From assembly GCA_021817905.1 (NCBI GenBank), contig JAKAFM010000001.1, positions 3,985 to 67,984 of the forward strand: a stretch of DNA of 64,000 nt. Reading direction: 5' to 3'. The notes under the pieces were generated by a model, which did no database searches, had not been told where the DNA came from, and saw only the letters and a list, made by a program, of their open reading frames with translations. Position numbers and translations under genes: made by a program. The DNA comes from a bacterium. Its GTDB lineage: Bacteria > Patescibacteriota > Microgenomatia > UBA12405. Positions 10,201 to 19,770 of the stretch are shown here, piece after piece; within the stretch, counting starts at the first letter, position 1; the number at the start of each line of letters is the position of its first letter.

Positions 10201-12230
10201 TATCTGTCACCGACCCGGCCGATGGATCACTTGATATCGGCATCAGCCAACCCATTACACTTTCTACCTGGTTTAAACTCAACAGCCTGCCCGCACTCAA
10301 CATTTGGGGAACTTTATTAACTAAAGGTGCAACTAATGGTACTCAATCTGACAATTACATGCTTCAGTATGGCAACGCCGGAGGTAGTGACGAGTTAGAC
10401 GTATGCTTCACTCAAGCTGGCACCGGTACAATGCAGTGCTTCTCTTATGATGATAATAAAAATCAAACGCTTGACACCTCCCGCTGGCATCATTTAGTTT
10501 TTACCTACACCTTCGGTATCGCCAGTTCCGCCAAAATCTATTATGATGGCATTCTTAAAAACGGAACTTGGACTGCCGGTTCAGGAAACGTCATTCCCTA
10601 TACTGGTAACGATGCCCTCTGGATTGGAAATGATCATTACGCTACTTCTAGCTACGAACCGGTCAATGGCCTTATCGACGAAGTCAAAATTTACAACTAC
10701 GCCCTAACCTCCGATGAAATTAAGCTTGATTATAATAACGGTCTGGCCATCAATTTAGGTGCTTTCTCCCAATCGTCGGGCTCCACCGCCCCTGTCAACT
10801 CCACCGCTCAACAATATTGCATCCCCGGCGACACCTCCACTTGTTTACCACCCGTAGGTGAATGGAATTTTGACGAAGGCACTGGCACTTCTGCTTACGA
10901 TTCTTCTGGAAACGGAGGCACGGGGACACTTCTTGGAACCACCTCTTGGGCCACTGGAAAAATTGGCAAGGCCTTATCGTTTGATGGCTCATCCGGCTAT
11001 GTCAGTATTCCTAGTTCTACGTTTTTAAATATTACCGGCGATATCACCATCGAAGCTTGGGCAAAACCAAATCTTCTCGACAGCAATTACCACGATATTA
11101 TTTTTAAGGGAACCACTACCTCTAATTCCACTCGTCAATATGGGCTTCGACTTAATTCATCCAATAATTGGGAAGGATTACTTTACACCGGCACTACTGC
11201 CAATAGTGCCGGTAACGTTGCCGCTTCGGCTGCCAATGCTAACCGTTGGGATCATGTTGTTATGGTCAGAAGTGGAACAATTATGTATATCTATATCAAC
11301 GGCAAGCAAACCGATTACTCTTCCAATATCACCGGCTCACTTAATACTACTTCTAATATTGCTGCCGTCGGCAGAATTGGTGCTGCCAGTGGCGAATATT
11401 TTCCCGGTTTAATTGATAACGTTAAAATCTTTAATTATGCCCGCACTCCCGCTCAAATCGCCTATGATTACAATCGCGGCGGCGCCCTGTTATGGTACAA
11501 ACTAGACGAATGTCAGGGCAATATTGCCAATGATGCGTCAGGAAATAATAATAGCGGCACCATCACTATTGGTACCTCGGGTACTCAAGGAGCACTTGGC
11601 ACCTGCAACAATGGCACTGGCTCGACCGCAGCCTGGGGAGTTGGTTCTTCAGGACAGTTCAACTCCTCGCTTAGTTTTGATGGTACCGATGATTATCTCA
11701 GTACTACCTCAACTTTAAATTTATCACTATCAACTATCTCGACTGTCTCATTCTGGCTTAATTGGTCAAACTATACCAATAACGATAGCTTAGCAATGGA
11801 ATCAAGCATTAATTACAATTCAAACACTGGAGCCATCCTAATTGATCCCAACTCCTCAGCTAGCGGTGGTGGCAACTTTGAAGTTAGTATCCACGGTACT
11901 GGTTACGCCAACCTGCTATTTACTCGCCCTTCTGCTGGCGTCTGGCATCATTACACCTTTGTTATTGATTCCAGCACTTTAAACGGAAATATTACCGCCT
12001 ATGTTGACGGTAAACTTGTCAACGGCACTTTTTCAAGTGGTTTAAATGGTCCTTACTATCAGGGCAACTATACTTGGTACTTTATGAGCCGGGCTGGTAG
12101 TAGCCTCTTTGGAGCCGGGAAAATGGACGATATCCGTATTTTTAACTATGGACTCACAAAAACTCAAATCCAAACCCTTTATAACCAGAATTTTGCCGCG
12201 CGCTTTGCTCCAACTGTTGGCAAACCTTAA
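7251..12230 (+). CDS. Giant surface protein with DUF2341-like N-terminus and multiple LamG/concanavalin-A-like domains
   Basis: N-terminal TM/signal, then about six repeats of (Y/E/W)WxFDE...GKxGxxLxFxG...W(H/Q)H...G.IDDxKIY; GTG start at 7251 chosen because TATAAT lies 6 nt upstream and the ORF-track start overlaps the tRNA fragment. Confidence 0.85.
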   Translation: MKRFSKLLAVTLILILGSFLAYRLITQSRPVQADWYNDSWAFRNALPITSHSVGETNVYIVATLNISATANAQTNDADIRITKTNGEVLPYYFVSGVGTTSIVVHVLIDNFPAGAQTLYYYYGNPSARPMVSQTDFSTLASSYTIGTLGSQEKSPGPLAYWKFDEGQGSVTSDSVSNHYLTFGTGSSAPSWATEDQCVSGKCLYFNGNNYLASSETFNNVQSVSFWVNPKNATQGFALPSFSPSTLLTGYTGSNANYWIFETTASKRIAQSFQLGQTSQIAQISFYGHRSTINQNWTVQSDIETDNAGIPSGTIISTSDCMPFNNLDTANNVPITFNYSTPPTLTGNTTYHVVFKIYNDSSCTTEQTVKDTQNYVFIRYNTTNTYTSGNESLYSSSDVWTAQTGEDVAFSVTSTNNVVDIGSSSGQIVTTGFSSPTIYINGILKTTLNLNQWQLVTVTTATPFSAVNPSLGQSNTAFATAYMDNYKLYSYQLTANQVKAEFNSKGITTNKGSAVNLGSNNRNSDALSQGLVGYWKLDENIGTSTLDSSGNNNTAVFGTGTSAPSWASGKFGIGLSFNTNDYASIGNTITISSFSLWYYPTTTAPAFLEFDASTNIGASASTIYTNGISSPKIYIDGNPSLSIGTTNTWHHLVVTTSSTIIGSLIKFGKAGSFFLNGQLDDIHFYNRTLSPLEVQYLYGWAPGPIGYWNFNENNNLNNIANDISGSNNPFTLYGPLYTAGKYGSSLKFNGTSSYGVTSSPLTILNGKGAFTVSAWINPTFASNASTRPLRHIAALGGSYGPNLNFIDNGTKYYIDCSVWNTAVTGINVNTSSTGLPTWSANTWHYYTCRYTGSIIELYWDGQLLASSAGSGNVHNSDGPAYLGSVNSSLEFWSGLIDDLKIYDYPRTQKQIIEDMNAGHPAANPNSMLAYYKFDEGYGSIANNSTNNGSVLNGTLGPGSSAPTWTNNGKFGRALSFSSTNNGQYVSVTDPADGSLDIGISQPITLSTWFKLNSLPALNIWGTLLTKGATNGTQSDNYMLQYGNAGGSDELDVCFTQAGTGTMQCFSYDDNKNQTLDTSRWHHLVFTYTFGIASSAKIYYDGILKNGTWTAGSGNVIPYTGNDALWIGNDHYATSSYEPVNGLIDEVKIYNYALTSDEIKLDYNNGLAINLGAFSQSSGSTAPVNSTAQQYCIPGDTSTCLPPVGEWNFDEGTGTSAYDSSGNGGTGTLLGTTSWATGKIGKALSFDGSSGYVSIPSSTFLNITGDITIEAWAKPNLLDSNYHDIIFKGTTTSNSTRQYGLRLNSSNNWEGLLYTGTTANSAGNVAASAANANRWDHVVMVRSGTIMYIYINGKQTDYSSNITGSLNTTSNIAAVGRIGAASGEYFPGLIDNVKIFNYARTPAQIAYDYNRGGALLWYKLDECQGNIANDASGNNNSGTITIGTSGTQGALGTCNNGTGSTAAWGVGSSGQFNSSLSFDGTDDYLSTTSTLNLSLSTISTVSFWLNWSNYTNNDSLAMESSINYNSNTGAILIDPNSSASGGGNFEVSIHGTGYANLLFTRPSAGVWHHYTFVIDSSTLNGNITAYVDGKLVNGTFSSGLNGPYYQGNYTWYFMSRAGSSLFGAGKMDDIRIFNYGLTKTQIQTLYNQNFAARFAPTVGKP

Positions 12231-12730
12231 TTCAGCTGTACTGAAGTCACGATCTTTCCAAAATCTTTCTCTAATTCAGGATCATTACTATTAGCAGTTA
12301 AAGCTACCGACACTACTTGGTCTCCAAACATTTGCCAACAAACCCGCTCCCAAACATCTTTTTTTTGATAACATCGCCAATCATCAATTGCCAAGGCTTG
12401 ATACAAATCATTTTTTAGACTTCTCATTTTTATATCTGAAAGCTCATCTAAATTTCCACTATAATCTTTAGCCATTACTACCAGCTGTTGGGACAAACCA
12501 ACCGTTCCCACTAACAATACCTTTTTTTCTTCACTGCTTAAAACAGTCAAAGAGGGTGGATACTTAAAATGAAATGTTTTCCCTTGATAATCAATCCAGG
12601 CCGTTGATTGGCTTGCCAGCGGCTCTATCTTTGGGGTAGTTACTGTTCCCACACTAGGTTGTCGCATCCACCACCAAAAAACAGCTATCAATATCGCCAC
12701 TGTTCCCGATAACAATAACCATTTTCTCAT
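12227..12730 (-). CDS. Membrane-anchored hypothetical protein (PsbP-like fold possible)
   Basis: N-terminal TM helix, FHFKYPPS motif; last gene of a minus-strand operon. Confidence 0.65.
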   Translation of the reverse strand: MRKWLLLSGTVAILIAVFWWWMRQPSVGTVTTPKIEPLASQSTAWIDYQGKTFHFKYPPSLTVLSSEEKKVLLVGTVGLSQQLVVMAKDYSGNLDELSDIKMRSLKNDLYQALAIDDWRCYQKKDVWERVCWQMFGDQVVSVALTANSNDPELEKDFGKIVTSVQLN

Positions 12731-13410
12731 TATTTCCCGGCAATAATCAAAATATCAGCATCGGGCTGCGTCTCGCCATCAGGCAACGTTTGCACCTTAC
12801 CATTTACTAATTGAGCCATATCACTAGCTAACCCGGCATAATTACCCGTTAAATCTACTACTACTGTCTGGCCATAATCGCTTCGAGCCGCATTGCCGTG
12901 ACCAGTTACCTGAATACCGTCAATACCGCTTATTTTCTGCTCAACAGTTTTAGCTAAATTGGCCACTGTTGTCCCGTTTAACACCACTACTCTAACTTTT
13001 GCGGCCACTCCCGTTGGTGATGGTTTAACTGGCACCGCTGATTGATCATTAATCGTCAATGGCACCATATCGATAACTTTATTAGTTGACGGTCGATACA
13101 AAATTGCCCGTCTAATCTTGGTATAAATAAGCACTTTATCACCATTTTGTGATTTTTGAAAAAACGGCTGATCCTTTAATTTATCTTTATCCACGATAGT
13201 CGCCAAAGTAGGGGATTCGTCGGTGGGCAAATCCATATACTGACTAATTTTAGTCACATAACTTAAAACCTCGGCTGCCGCCACTTTTTGTGGATTTTGA
13301 GATGCTTTTTTATATTGCCGATAAAAATAATATGCTGTTCCGCTTAAACCCAAAATCAAGAGCACAATACCTGCGCCCGCTATCCACTTAACAATTGGTT
13401 GTTTCATCAT
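12730..13410 (-). CDS. Membrane protein with LytR C-terminal domain
   Basis: TM helix, then VVVLNGT...LA...GNA...ADILIIAGK (LytR_C-like); start moved to MMKQ at 13410 to avoid overlap. Confidence 0.8.
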   Translation of the reverse strand: MMKQPIVKWIAGAGIVLLILGLSGTAYYFYRQYKKASQNPQKVAAAEVLSYVTKISQYMDLPTDESPTLATIVDKDKLKDQPFFQKSQNGDKVLIYTKIRRAILYRPSTNKVIDMVPLTINDQSAVPVKPSPTGVAAKVRVVVLNGTTVANLAKTVEQKISGIDGIQVTGHGNAARSDYGQTVVVDLTGNYAGLASDMAQLVNGKVQTLPDGETQPDADILIIAGK

Positions 13411-13427
13411 ATTCAATTTTACCGCAA

Positions 13428-16370
13428 TTAAAAAGTGAATGGTTGCCTTACTCCATTTGAAAACCATTCCCCATGCCGCATAATTTGATCTAATGTTGGC
13501 CCGGAAGAAAAAATCCAACAAGTACCATTATTCCCCATATTAGTTGATCCTACCCCAATGGTCGCATTAGCCGATCCGACCGCACACCCGGAATCCTTAA
13601 TACCTATATAAGAAATGGTTGACTGGGCATTCAAGAAATTTACCAACCACTGCGAACCGGGAGTATCGGATTGCACCAATGCCAACGTCCCGGCGACCCC
13701 GGTCACCGTCATTGTCCCTCCGATAGTAAACACTGGTGTTGATCCCACTCCCGCTTCAAACTGAACTACTTTACCCGGATTGGTAATACTTAAACTATTG
13801 AAAGCCATCGATGTTGTTCCCACCGACACTACTGTCGTCGCCCCTCCGCTTAAATTAACCAATCCTGTATTAGCATTAAAAGTACCATTATTAGTTAACG
13901 CCCCCGATACGTCAAGCGTATTTGCCCCCGCTGTATAGGTTCCTCCAATAGTTACATTATTGGTAAAAACATTTCCTGCCGGTTGATACAAATTCCCCGG
14001 AAACACATATAACTTATACTGACTAAATTGGTTGCGAACATCGGTCGTCAAGGTATTTCCCACATCAACATTAAAAAAAACATCACTTGTTCCTGTTCCC
14101 GCCACCGAATTATCGTAATTTGCCAAATCAGTATTACCAATCGATACTGTCCCGCCACTATCACCAATTGTTAAAGTTTGCTCGTATAAATTAAGCCCAG
14201 ATATATTCCCTGAACCTGAGTATTCTGTCACTGTATTCGCCCGAGCCGTTACCCCAACTCCAGAAACAAAAGCAGTTAGCACATCGTTAGGTACCGGCTG
14301 ATCAACACTACTAAAAACATAAGTTCCCCCGGAGATAGTGGTTGTCGTCGATCGCAAACTGCCGTTAACGGCATAACGTATTGTTTCCCCTGTCGCACAA
14401 TTTGTGGTCATATCATATTTTTTACACGACCCAGAAATTGAGATCGGCGCATTTTTAATTTCTACCGCAATCCCACCAATATTTGAAGTTGTACTTTGGG
14501 TCATATTGACCGCCGTTGCCCCATATGCCGTCTTCCATTCAACTTTCATACTCGTTGTCGGATTATTAAAAGCTACCCCCGTACCCCCACTATATCCAGC
14601 TCCAGCCGTTAACGAATTGGCATTATTAACCGCATTAGCAAATCCACCCGCCGTGATATTAGAACTTGCCGACAAGGCACTTAAATTAATTGTCAACCCG
14701 GTGGCCGCTGTTGAACTATCACTCGCCCCCACCCCATACTGCACAACCGCCCCCGACCCGTCAGTTCCCGACGTATCCACCCCGCTAAATTCGACGATAA
14801 TATAACCCAGACCGGTTGCACTCTGCCCCCAGGTAATTGTGTTAGTTCCTGTACTCAATCCCGACGTCTTTAGTGCCCGGAATAAGGTAATATTACTTAA
14901 TTTTGTTGACGTAGTATTAAATTGCTGATTGGCAACTTTTACCCAATTAAGGCCTGTGGTTGTTGTTACTGTCGGCGTACTGGTCGCCGTTCCATAGGTT
15001 TGTATGGTCCACATTAAATAAAGCCGGTTTGCCACCGGCGTAAAACTATTAGTAACGGTTGACGTCGCCGCTGTTGTCGTTGCTCCTTGAGTAATCTGGG
15101 CTACCGTTACATAGTCAACGGCAATCTGCCACTCCCGATTTTCACTAAAGACAGTCTGGTTATTACTCACAAATTCTAGCGGTCCAACCGTATAAAATTG
15201 CGGACTTATCGATGGAGTTTGAAAGGTATATCCTAAAATAAGATCATCTCCATTTTTGGCATTCACTTCCCAAATAACTTTTTTTATGCCCAACCCTGGT
15301 TGCTCTTCAATCCGATCATAATTTTGGACTCCACCTTCACTCTGTTGATCAATCACAAAACTCAACGGCACTGTTTCCGAAACTTCACCCTTAAAATCAG
15401 CACCCATCGTTACAGACATGGTCATCGGATAAGTATAAGGTGGAAATACCCGGGTAATACTATCGCGATCAATACTCGCCCAATTGAATTCTGCTACCTC
15501 GAACTGATTAGTAATCGTATATGATCCATTTTTTGTCACCGCACTCATCGTCATTTGATACGTTCCACTGTCCGGCCCCACCATATAAGTAGCTTCATAA
15601 TCCGGTTGTAGCGTGTAATCGTGGCCCGAACACACTGAATTTATTTTTACCAGTCCATTTGCAGTCGACAAAGTATCTATCTTACCGGTTACCGTATTCT
15701 TAATATCCAAAGTTACTGCTGCATCACAAACCGTCTTACCCTGTTCATCCAAAACCGCCATCGAAATCAAACTATTTTCCAAGGGTCGATAAACCGCCTT
15801 GTTAGTATTAAGGGCCAACACTCCCCACAGAAAATCCTGTTGACTTATCACCCCAAAACTGTCCGACATTGTCACCCGATATTTTCCCGGCATAAACTGA
15901 TGCGGAGGATCAACTTTTACTATCGTCACATCATCAATTTGTTCATTTTCAACATTGGCAGTTATTAACTCACCCTGATTATTTCTAACCTCAGTTTTTA
16001 TGGTATTGACGGTAGTGTTTAACAGTTCCGCCTCAACCTTCTCGCCATTATCATACATACTTTTCATTCCCTGACGAAGCTTTGCCGGAACCCTTAATTG
16101 CGCCGAACCTCCGGTTGGAATTGCCAGTCCACTTCCTGGCGGTAAGGTGGGTATAAGCAACAAAGGTTGTCCACTTTGGCTAGCTACATTAATTGGTGGG
16201 GGAGTCAGATCTATAGGCGCCAAAGTGGACACCACCGATGTCCCAACCTGGCCACTCCCGGTAGCCAAAAAGGTTGTCGGACTGAGTTCTTGAGCATAGG
16301 CCACATTTCCCGACACTATTGTCACTACCATCCAACAACCAACCAATAATAGTAAATTTTTCCATCTCAT
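13428..16370 (-). CDS. Large secreted Thr/Gly/Ser-rich beta-sheet surface protein
   Basis: Signal peptide ending AYA; 980 aa; distinctive C-terminus GPTLDQIMRHGEWFSNGVRQPFTF. Confidence 0.8.
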   Translation of the reverse strand: MRWKNLLLLVGCWMVVTIVSGNVAYAQELSPTTFLATGSGQVGTSVVSTLAPIDLTPPPINVASQSGQPLLLIPTLPPGSGLAIPTGGSAQLRVPAKLRQGMKSMYDNGEKVEAELLNTTVNTIKTEVRNNQGELITANVENEQIDDVTIVKVDPPHQFMPGKYRVTMSDSFGVISQQDFLWGVLALNTNKAVYRPLENSLISMAVLDEQGKTVCDAAVTLDIKNTVTGKIDTLSTANGLVKINSVCSGHDYTLQPDYEATYMVGPDSGTYQMTMSAVTKNGSYTITNQFEVAEFNWASIDRDSITRVFPPYTYPMTMSVTMGADFKGEVSETVPLSFVIDQQSEGGVQNYDRIEEQPGLGIKKVIWEVNAKNGDDLILGYTFQTPSISPQFYTVGPLEFVSNNQTVFSENREWQIAVDYVTVAQITQGATTTAATSTVTNSFTPVANRLYLMWTIQTYGTATSTPTVTTTTGLNWVKVANQQFNTTSTKLSNITLFRALKTSGLSTGTNTITWGQSATGLGYIIVEFSGVDTSGTDGSGAVVQYGVGASDSSTAATGLTINLSALSASSNITAGGFANAVNNANSLTAGAGYSGGTGVAFNNPTTSMKVEWKTAYGATAVNMTQSTTSNIGGIAVEIKNAPISISGSCKKYDMTTNCATGETIRYAVNGSLRSTTTTISGGTYVFSSVDQPVPNDVLTAFVSGVGVTARANTVTEYSGSGNISGLNLYEQTLTIGDSGGTVSIGNTDLANYDNSVAGTGTSDVFFNVDVGNTLTTDVRNQFSQYKLYVFPGNLYQPAGNVFTNNVTIGGTYTAGANTLDVSGALTNNGTFNANTGLVNLSGGATTVVSVGTTSMAFNSLSITNPGKVVQFEAGVGSTPVFTIGGTMTVTGVAGTLALVQSDTPGSQWLVNFLNAQSTISYIGIKDSGCAVGSANATIGVGSTNMGNNGTCWIFSSGPTLDQIMRHGEWFSNGVRQPFTF

Positions 16371-18697
16371 CGGGCGTTATATCTCAAAATAATATCACCG
16401 GCCCGGGTCAAGGCACTCGATGTATTCTTTGCCGCCAGTTTTATTCTAATAATTGCGGTCTGCCCGGCCGCATTCCACTGTGGTGACGAACCACTGCTCA
16501 GTGTCGTACTGGTACATCCCGAACTCGACCATGCTGTTGAGGCTGTTGAACCTATTGAACAGACACTGGTCCCCGGAGTATCGGTATCATTATTCACCCG
16601 ATAAGAAATATAGTTATCACCTGTAGTCCCAAGGCCAGTCTGATAATTGAATTGCAGTGCGCACGTTGAACCCGGGCAACTTCCTGTCTGCCAGCTACTA
16701 AAATCACCCGGCAAAGTTACTCTGACCAACACCGAATAATCCTGAAGGGCCGCATTAGTCGATGACCACTGATAATAATTTTGCCACCCGCTGGTGCCAG
16801 TATTCAAATTATTATCCGAAGTCAAAGATCCATCATTAGATGTCGAACCGTCTTTCGACAATGATGCCCCCGAATACTCTGGCGAAAGTACTATTTGAGA
16901 AGTATAGGTTGACGAACCAGCGCAGGCCCCCCAAGTACCGTTGGCATAACACCGAAAAGCATTCGAGGCAGTACTATAATACATCGCTCCATTTGTTCCC
17001 GCCGGATCACTACTACCATTATCCATCACAAACAAAATTGGTGAAGTTTTTCCCACTCCAGTCCCGATAATCACCTCGCCGGTTGGCCCGACATCAAAAA
17101 TAACATTGCCGGCATTAAAGGTTCGTAACGTTAAATCTGAACTTCCATAGATCGGTCCCGATTCGACAGACAAAGGTGCTCCCGATCGTATAGTTGACGA
17201 AGTTGGGTTGGTAAAATACATATCATAAGCAATACCTACATCACCAGCCGAAGTTAAGTTAAACGGATTATTTACCGTTGATTGCTGTGGCGATACCGAA
17301 GCGATATCACTCCCATTATTATTAAGATCCAAAATATTACCGTTACCATCACTTTCGACATACATTCCCCCAGCATTTGGATCGGTATTACCATTATAAA
17401 TACCTGCTACATAACCTGTACTTCCAGTACCATAAATATCAAATTGGTGACCCAGGCCGGAAGTTCCTATCCCCACATTACCACCACTACCAACATAAAA
17501 TACTTGGGTATTTCCTAATCCCAATAATGAAAAATAAAAAGATGAAACCCCTACATTGGTATTTTGGGTTAAAGTCCCACCTAAACCCACTGCCCCCGAT
17601 ATTAATTGCAAACCATTGGTAGCAGTCGCTGACCCCCCTGGTGGCAACGTTCCTTGAACCAAAACACCACTGCTATTGATATACAATACCGTGTTTCCCA
17701 CCCCTACCGGAATTCCTGTCATCGTTACCGACCCTCCAATTGAAAGGTTGGTAGAAATATTAACATTACCAACAACATCCAATTTATACCCCGGATTTGA
17801 TGTGCCAATTCCCACCCAACCACTAGTCCCAATAAACAACGCCTGACTATTACCCAACCCCAAAAAATTAACCGTAAATGATGAAGTACCAATTGAGGTA
17901 TTTTGTACCAAGGTTCCACCCAAACCAACCGAACCAGCAATCAAAGATAACCCATTTGTTGTTGATGCCGAGCCACTGGGAGGTAAAGTTCCTTGAGTAA
18001 TACTTCCATTACTGCTGATATATAAAACAGTCGATCCTGTTCCCAAGGGAATATTAGTCAAACTTAATGACCCGCCAATTGCCAAGTTACCCGTAACCCC
18101 TACGCCTCCCGTGATTACTAAGCCCGCAAAAAGAGGCGAATTAGTCGTCTGTAAACTCTGATTCAAACTAACCCCAACTCCCGAAGTCACAAAAGAATCT
18201 CCAAAACTTATCGTTTTGCCATTAGGAATGGTTAAGGTTCCGGTCGTATTAGTTACCGTCAATCCCGACACTTTCAAAGCATTCATCGCATAGGGCACAG
18301 CCGTAAATTGTAACCGAGGGCTCATATCACCATCACCATTAAAATTTACCGATAAATAAAGGCTATCAGTATTAAAATCAATTGACGATGGAAAAGTAGT
18401 GTAAGTTCCTAAAGCCACATTAAAAGTCCCGCTGGTTACCGGCACCTGTGTTGTCCCCGAATTCCAAGTTTCTGTCCATAACGATGACCCTGCCGACAAA
18501 GCATTCCAAATTGTAAAAGTAAAATTATAACTTCCATCCGCCACATTGGTTCCATCAGTTGACCCTATCCCTTTATTAACCACCTTACCCTGAAAATTAA
18601 TTTTTTGATTTATTCCTGTCGCTGCCAACACAGAGCCTGACCCTGCCAATCCCGCCACTAAAATCACCACAAACACAAGCACTTTTAAGTACTTCAT
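16367..18697 (-). CDS. Secreted fibre-like protein with internal repeats
   Basis: Signal peptide, INFQGK N-terminal domain, two ~110-aa repeats each ending in G(W/N)VGIGT, tail-fibre-like composition. Confidence 0.8.
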   Translation of the reverse strand: MKYLKVLVFVVILVAGLAGSGSVLAATGINQKINFQGKVVNKGIGSTDGTNVADGSYNFTFTIWNALSAGSSLWTETWNSGTTQVPVTSGTFNVALGTYTTFPSSIDFNTDSLYLSVNFNGDGDMSPRLQFTAVPYAMNALKVSGLTVTNTTGTLTIPNGKTISFGDSFVTSGVGVSLNQSLQTTNSPLFAGLVITGGVGVTGNLAIGGSLSLTNIPLGTGSTVLYISSNGSITQGTLPPSGSASTTNGLSLIAGSVGLGGTLVQNTSIGTSSFTVNFLGLGNSQALFIGTSGWVGIGTSNPGYKLDVVGNVNISTNLSIGGSVTMTGIPVGVGNTVLYINSSGVLVQGTLPPGGSATATNGLQLISGAVGLGGTLTQNTNVGVSSFYFSLLGLGNTQVFYVGSGGNVGIGTSGLGHQFDIYGTGSTGYVAGIYNGNTDPNAGGMYVESDGNGNILDLNNNGSDIASVSPQQSTVNNPFNLTSAGDVGIAYDMYFTNPTSSTIRSGAPLSVESGPIYGSSDLTLRTFNAGNVIFDVGPTGEVIIGTGVGKTSPILFVMDNGSSDPAGTNGAMYYSTASNAFRCYANGTWGACAGSSTYTSQIVLSPEYSGASLSKDGSTSNDGSLTSDNNLNTGTSGWQNYYQWSSTNAALQDYSVLVRVTLPGDFSSWQTGSCPGSTCALQFNYQTGLGTTGDNYISYRVNNDTDTPGTSVCSIGSTASTAWSSSGCTSTTLSSGSSPQWNAAGQTAIIRIKLAAKNTSSALTRAGDIILRYNAR

Positions 18698-18825
18698 TAT
18701 ATATTTTTCGATAGGATAGGTAAATATATCCTAAAAAACCAGGAAAAATTAAATCCTAGTATCTAATTGTAGTGGTCAGGGGGAAAGGGGTAAAGACATC
18801 ACTATAGATCAAATTATCATTGCAT

Positions 18826-19770
18826 TTAATTCGGTAACTTAGGGTTTTTTTTAATAAATTTTTTAGAAATATAAATAGTACTCCCAAATAATCCAATTAT
18901 GAAGGCCAACAACAACCAAAACAAAGGAGCTCCGGCAGAAAAATAATGATCTTTCACTAATGTCGTATCAGCCACCCCATCGTAACGATAATTTACATTT
19001 ATTGTGTAGTTACCCGGAAAAAAGAGACGAGACAGAGGATAAAGTTGAGTCCGATAAACTCTAAAACTTTCCGGCAAAATAATTGCGGAATCGCTATTAA
19101 TTAACCCCTTGCCCACCACGCGCCCCAAAACATCAACCACAGTAACTGTCCCTCGAGGAACTAAATGAACATTACCACTATTTTGAAAACGTAATAAAAC
19201 AGTCGACGGCAGCCGAAACCAAGCAGCATCGTGTTCAATTTTTCTTAAATCAAGTTGTTTAATCTCTGCGCCACCCTGTTTGTCAACAAAAAATAAACTG
19301 GCATATGCTTGATTTACATTCACAACACTCCCAGGCTTAACATCACTTACCTGACTAAAAAGCACCGCTCCATAATGTCCGCCTGAAGTCAATGAATCTT
19401 TATTAAGAACCGTCACTTTAACTTTCTCCTCACTTCCCGCCGCCACCTCGAGCCTATCCTTTTCCAATTGCAACCATGACGCCAGCGAATATTTATATTT
19501 CTGCATTTCCTGGCCATTCACTCCCAAAAATTGAACCCCTCCAGAATCATTTAGGCTCCCAAAATCAACCACTGATAATTGAAAAGTTTGACTAAAAGTA
19601 TTATGGTTCGCTACCGTCAAAATTTCACTGTGAGAATTCTCTGCTGGTAACAATGTTACCGACACAAATGGAGGAGATATTGAAAATCCACCACTGACAG
19701 CAAAACACCTATCCGGCCTCAATAAAATAATCATCACTAACAATAAAAATTGCTTTAAAAACGTATGCAT
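18826..19770 (-). CDS. DUF916/DUF3324-like (WxL-interacting, PapD-like) membrane-anchored protein
   Basis: Signal peptide, FSISPP, GGHYGAVLF, FQNSGNVHLVPRG, C-terminal TM plus basic tail. Confidence 0.7.
   Translation of the reverse strand: MHTFLKQFLLLVMIILLRPDRCFAVSGGFSISPPFVSVTLLPAENSHSEILTVANHNTFSQTFQLSVVDFGSLNDSGGVQFLGVNGQEMQKYKYSLASWLQLEKDRLEVAAGSEEKVKVTVLNKDSLTSGGHYGAVLFSQVSDVKPGSVVNVNQAYASLFFVDKQGGAEIKQLDLRKIEHDAAWFRLPSTVLLRFQNSGNVHLVPRGTVTVVDVLGRVVGKGLINSDSAIILPESFRVYRTQLYPLSRLFFPGNYTINVNYRYDGVADTTLVKDHYFSAGAPLFWLLLAFIIGLFGSTIYISKKFIKKNPKLPN

Noticed and set aside
16367-18697. Prophage tail fibre / prophage region
   Set aside because: The protein has a signal peptide and no capsid, terminase or portal genes occur in the window
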